DNA of 64,000 nt from an uncultured Chlamydiales bacterium (lineage in GTDB: Bacteria > Chlamydiota > Chlamydiia > Chlamydiales > Rhabdochlamydiaceae): NCBI GenBank assembly GCA_963700985.1, contig OY969554.1:704001-768000 (forward strand). The letters run 5' to 3'. The notes beneath the pieces are model-generated. The model had not been told where the DNA came from, searched no databases, and was given only the letters and a program-made list of their open reading frames with translations. A program made the translations under genes and the position numbers. Positions 60,573 to 64,000 of this stretch are shown here, piece by piece; position 1 is the stretch's first letter; each line of letters opens with the position of its first letter.

Positions 60573-61706
60573 TTATTCACGAGAATCTTTTTCGACGAGT
60601 TCCATATCATCTTTGCTCGAACTTTTTGCATTAGCAAACAAGGACGCTTCCCACTGAGCGAGCTTGGGTGTGGGTGGAGAGGGTGGTCGCTCTGGCAGCG
60701 ATTCCTCAGCTTCTCTTATTTTCTTTTTCAGCAATGCGTTAGCTTTACTTGCTATCTCTTCTCGCTGCTGCGTAGATTGAATGTTGGGCGTGCTTCTCTG
60801 GTATTTCAGATGAGGATAGGGCCCGGGGTAGCATTGCAATGCGCCAAGGATCTTTCCAAAAAAACCCGTGATCTTTGCGAGATAATTGATGTTCCACTCT
60901 AAAAACGAAAAATATGATCCATAAAACTTCAATAATGATGGACCATCAGCAAGGGTGGCTACAAGTGGCTTGTCGTTAAACAAATTGGGAAATTCAATCT
61001 TTGAGGCTTTTCTTTTGATCTGCTCACGTTGCTGATCTAAAAAATAGCAATCACCCATGAAATTCCTTTGCCGTTTATATGGATTACATCTTTCAAAAAG
61101 CCGTAGAAAAATCGCATAGTCTTGTGCATAGCCTGTTTGTGCAATGTCTCCTTCAATACTCTCTTGCTTGACAACAAGCAGCCCTCGATCCTCATCTCGG
61201 GTAGTAAGAAGACGATCGATGAATTTCCATATAAGATCGCGCACTCGACGAGAAGCTAGTTTCTCGGGGTCTTCTAAAAAATCCAGAAAATGAGACGCAA
61301 ACCTTACGGCATATTTCTGATATTTTTCAGTTAGGATAAAACTCTCTTTTCGAAGACGCGAAGTTTGCTCATTGATGAAATTTTGTATAGGCGTCTCTCG
61401 AGCATCTTGCTCTCTATCAAAAAGATCAAGTTTAGGAAGTTTAGAACAATCAAATATTGTAGGTGGGTGTTCCTTTCCAAAACCCTTCAAAATTTCCTGT
61501 AACTTCAGATGGTCAGGAAGGCACTGCTTACTTTGAATATCGGCCACATGAGTCTTAACAGATTTGAAAGCAGATGAAATCTTATGTTTCGTGTGCTCGA
61601 TCTTGTGTTCCCGGTCTGAAAAATCTCGTTGAGGTATTTCTAAGGGAGCAAGTCGAAAATTCATTGCATTAGAGCGACGAAGAACTGCATCTGAAGGGAA
61701 AGCCAT
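60573..61706 (-). CDS. Hypothetical protein with Pro-rich C-terminal segment
   Basis: 377-aa ORF 5 bp downstream of rlmD; LPERPPSPPTP. Confidence 0.7.
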   Translation of the reverse strand: MAFPSDAVLRRSNAMNFRLAPLEIPQRDFSDREHKIEHTKHKISSAFKSVKTHVADIQSKQCLPDHLKLQEILKGFGKEHPPTIFDCSKLPKLDLFDREQDARETPIQNFINEQTSRLRKESFILTEKYQKYAVRFASHFLDFLEDPEKLASRRVRDLIWKFIDRLLTTRDEDRGLLVVKQESIEGDIAQTGYAQDYAIFLRLFERCNPYKRQRNFMGDCYFLDQQREQIKRKASKIEFPNLFNDKPLVATLADGPSLLKFYGSYFSFLEWNINYLAKITGFFGKILGALQCYPGPYPHLKYQRSTPNIQSTQQREEIASKANALLKKKIREAEESLPERPPSPPTPKLAQWEASLFANAKSSSKDDMELVEKDSRE

Positions 61707-61711
61707 AGTTT

Positions 61712-63025
61712 TTATATCCTATTCTTTATGAGCTGAACAACGCATTCAACATGCGCGGTCTGCGGAAACATGTCAAACGGTTGAATAGCGGTTAATGTAT
61801 AGCCTTTTGTGCAGAGGTATTGAAGATCGCGCGCCAGTGTTGCTGGATCACAAGAGACGTAGACGATACGGCGTGGCGCCAGGCGTGCTAGAGTTTCTAA
61901 AAATGCGCCTTCACAGCCTTTTCTGGGAGGATTAATCACAGCGACATCGACCTGTTCAAGTGTAGAAATAAATTCTTCGGCTTGTGCGCAGGTAAATCGG
62001 GTGTTTCTAATTGCGTTACGCTTAGCATTTTCCTGAGCATCGCCGATCGCATCAGGTACACACTCAACCCCAATCACTTCTTTAGCTTGTTTCGCGAGAA
62101 TTAGCGCCAGTGTGCCGACGCCGCAATAAGCATCCAGCACGATCTCTTCGCCTGTCAGTTCGGCAAATTCAGAGACGCGTTCATAGAGCTGCTCGGCTTG
62201 AGCCGGATTAACCTGAAAAAAAGAACTTGGAGAGACTTTAAACAGCAGTCCATGCAGTCGCTCTTCGATCCAATCTTGGCCTAGAAGCTTGCGGAAGTGG
62301 CGGCTGAGCACGACGTTGCTATCTGCTGGGTTGATGTTCTGCACCACGCCCTTGATTTCGGGCATGCCTATCATGATCATCTCGGCAAGCGCCAATAATG
62401 GCTCATTGCTAGCGGTGACTAAGACCACCAAGATCTCTTTTGTATTCACAGCAGTCTTGATTAAGACATGTTTTAGCTCGCCTTCCAGCGGAAATGTTTT
62501 GATGCAGCGTTGAATATGTTGAAAAGCCTTTTCACCTAATGCGCAATGGATATGACACTGATCGATGGGGATGAGATCGTGCGTATTGTGCGCATAAAGC
62601 CCGAGGCTCAAACCCGCGCCAACCGGCAACTGAATTTTATTTCGATAGCCAAGCGGCGTTGGAGATGGAATACAAAGCGCTACATCCACTCCTGCAAACT
62701 TACCGATGCGCTCGAGTGCATCGACTACGCGTTGTCTTTTGGTCTCTAATTGCTGATCATAGCTAAGATGCATCAGCTGACAGCCGCCGCACTTTCCAAA
62801 AAGTGCGCAGACAGGTTTTACGCGATGTGGAGAGGTTTCAAGATGCTGAATAACTTCAGCTCTTCCAAAGGTCTTGCGGCTCTCGGAAATGCGCGCACGC
62901 ACGAGTTCACCTGGGAGTGCGTCATCAACGAAAAGCGTAAAGCCATCTAAACGTGCGACGCCTTCGCCGTTAATACCCAATCGCTCGATGCGAAGTTCAA
63001 CTTCTTGATCAATTTGAGGTTTCAT
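61712..63025 (-). CDS. rlmD: 23S rRNA (uracil-C5)-methyltransferase with TRAM domain
   Basis: CxxxxxCGGC cluster, SFFQVN, DAYCGVG, NPPRKG, YVSC, DMFPQTAHVE. Confidence 0.93.
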   Translation of the reverse strand: MKPQIDQEVELRIERLGINGEGVARLDGFTLFVDDALPGELVRARISESRKTFGRAEVIQHLETSPHRVKPVCALFGKCGGCQLMHLSYDQQLETKRQRVVDALERIGKFAGVDVALCIPSPTPLGYRNKIQLPVGAGLSLGLYAHNTHDLIPIDQCHIHCALGEKAFQHIQRCIKTFPLEGELKHVLIKTAVNTKEILVVLVTASNEPLLALAEMIMIGMPEIKGVVQNINPADSNVVLSRHFRKLLGQDWIEERLHGLLFKVSPSSFFQVNPAQAEQLYERVSEFAELTGEEIVLDAYCGVGTLALILAKQAKEVIGVECVPDAIGDAQENAKRNAIRNTRFTCAQAEEFISTLEQVDVAVINPPRKGCEGAFLETLARLAPRRIVYVSCDPATLARDLQYLCTKGYTLTAIQPFDMFPQTAHVECVVQLIKNRI

Positions 63026-63147
63026 ATCGAAAATTATACTCTATAGACCAAAGATTTGCATGGAGAAAATGACATATTAATTTTTACTTTAAAGCTTCCT
63101 CTTATAGCATTGCTTTTATCAACATATTTTCTTACATTTACCGCTTT

Positions 63148-63311
63148 AGAGGGTGCCTACAAACTAGACCTTCGATATTTGGAAGCTTTTCGCGATCTTT
63201 TTCCGCCTCCTCCTCAGCCATGTCATCTCGACATTGTCTTCGTGGGAGGAGAAAAAATCTCATCGAAAAGCTCCTCAAATCTCTAAAGGGTCTACTTTGT
63301 AGGCACCCTCT
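63148..63311. mobile_element. MITE-like / RPE-like palindromic element (~164 bp)
   Basis: 25-bp terminal inverted repeats (AGAGGGTGCCTACAAACTAGACCTT versus AGAGGGTGCCTACAAAGTAGACCCT) and inner complementary arms. Confidence 0.75.
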
Positions 63312-63330
63312 TCTTAATCTTGGATTGCTT

Positions 63331-64000
63331 ATGAAACAACTTATGTGTGTACTTTTTATGTCAATGCTCTGTTCGACTGCCCAACCTACTGATAAACAAT
63401 GGTCTCCAGCCGAGATGATGAAAGTAAAATCCATCTCAGACGTCCAGATTGCACCCGGAAATCAGGAGGTGTTCTTTGTGGTAGGCAGTGCTGTTATGGA
63501 TGATGAAAAGAGCATAAATATCTCCAGAATTTACAAAGCTCGTGATAAGGGTAACGCAGATGCAGTAGCTTTAACTGAGGCTGATAGTTCTGCGAGCATG
63601 CCACGCTTATCGCCGGATGGAAAATGGGTTGCCTTTCTTTCAAATCGAAATGGTGGCGTGAAAAATCTCTACCTTATGCATCCAGATGGCGGTGAAACCA
63701 TTAAGCTAGCTGAAGGCAAAAAAGATGTGCTCTCTTTTCGTTGGGCACCAGATAGCCAACAAATAGCTTTTGTGATGGAAGATGAAACAGCTTTAGCAAA
63801 AAAGCAAAAAGCTCCTTCTGCTGCTTATGTTTACAAAGAAGAAAAAAGCGTAAATCGCCTTTGGTTGATTAACGTTCTTGAACCTAAGCAATCTCCCCGA
63901 CCGCTTACATCAGATGAATATTGCGTACGCGGGGGTGGAGATTTTGGAACGCTCAATGAAGATTTCGACTGGTCACCCGATAGCAAAACTCTTGTTTTTG
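63331..64000 (+). CDS. Probable S9-family peptidase, N-terminal beta-propeller (runs off the window end)
   Basis: Not in ORF track; MKQLMCVLF signal peptide, then PD40-like PRLSPDGKWVAFLS, WAPDSQQIAF, WSPDSKTLVF; catalytic domain not visible. Confidence 0.75.
   Translation, partial: MKQLMCVLFMSMLCSTAQPTDKQWSPAEMMKVKSISDVQIAPGNQEVFFVVGSAVMDDEKSINISRIYKARDKGNADAVALTEADSSASMPRLSPDGKWVAFLSNRNGGVKNLYLMHPDGGETIKLAEGKKDVLSFRWAPDSQQIAFVMEDETALAKKQKAPSAAYVYKEEKSVNRLWLINVLEPKQSPRPLTSDEYCVRGGGDFGTLNEDFDWSPDSKTLVF

Noticed and set aside
63056-63434. Short ORFs 63056-63286 (+) and 63138-63434 (-)
   Set aside because: Both are largely translations of the palindromic element, and the second overlaps the peptidase start.

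Overview
Chromosomal segment of an environmental member of the Chlamydiae (inferred from the gene set and order bamA-skp-lpxD, pdhABC, dnaQ-like/msbA/accA/YkuD-like/IHF, ptsH, pepF, groES-groEL with a CIRCE site). The housekeeping backbone is interrupted by accessory blocks of candidate host-directed effectors. Most notable: (i) a block between lpxD and pdhC with two MORN-repeat paralogs that both end in CaaX prenylation boxes, a small Cys-rich protein with an N-terminus resembling a mitochondrial presequence, and a 1080-aa PARP-like ADP-ribosyltransferase/Sel1-repeat protein flanked by identical 23-bp hairpins; (ii) two distant genes sharing a ~215-aa hydrophobic N-terminal module fused to different enzymatic C-termini (ART-like versus 2H phosphoesterase), suggesting a polymorphic effector family; (iii) an archaeal/eukaryotic type II methionine aminopeptidase, an RMT2/GAMT-like methyltransferase, an F-box protein, a GT-A-like protein and Cys-nucleophile alpha/beta hydrolase paralogs, one interrupted by a single TGA at a Trp position; (iv) at least three families of structured palindromic intergenic repeats and an unexplained GC-rich structured intergenic element. 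No rRNA, tRNA, CRISPR array or transposase was recognised. All family calls come from reading motifs by eye; no searches were run.
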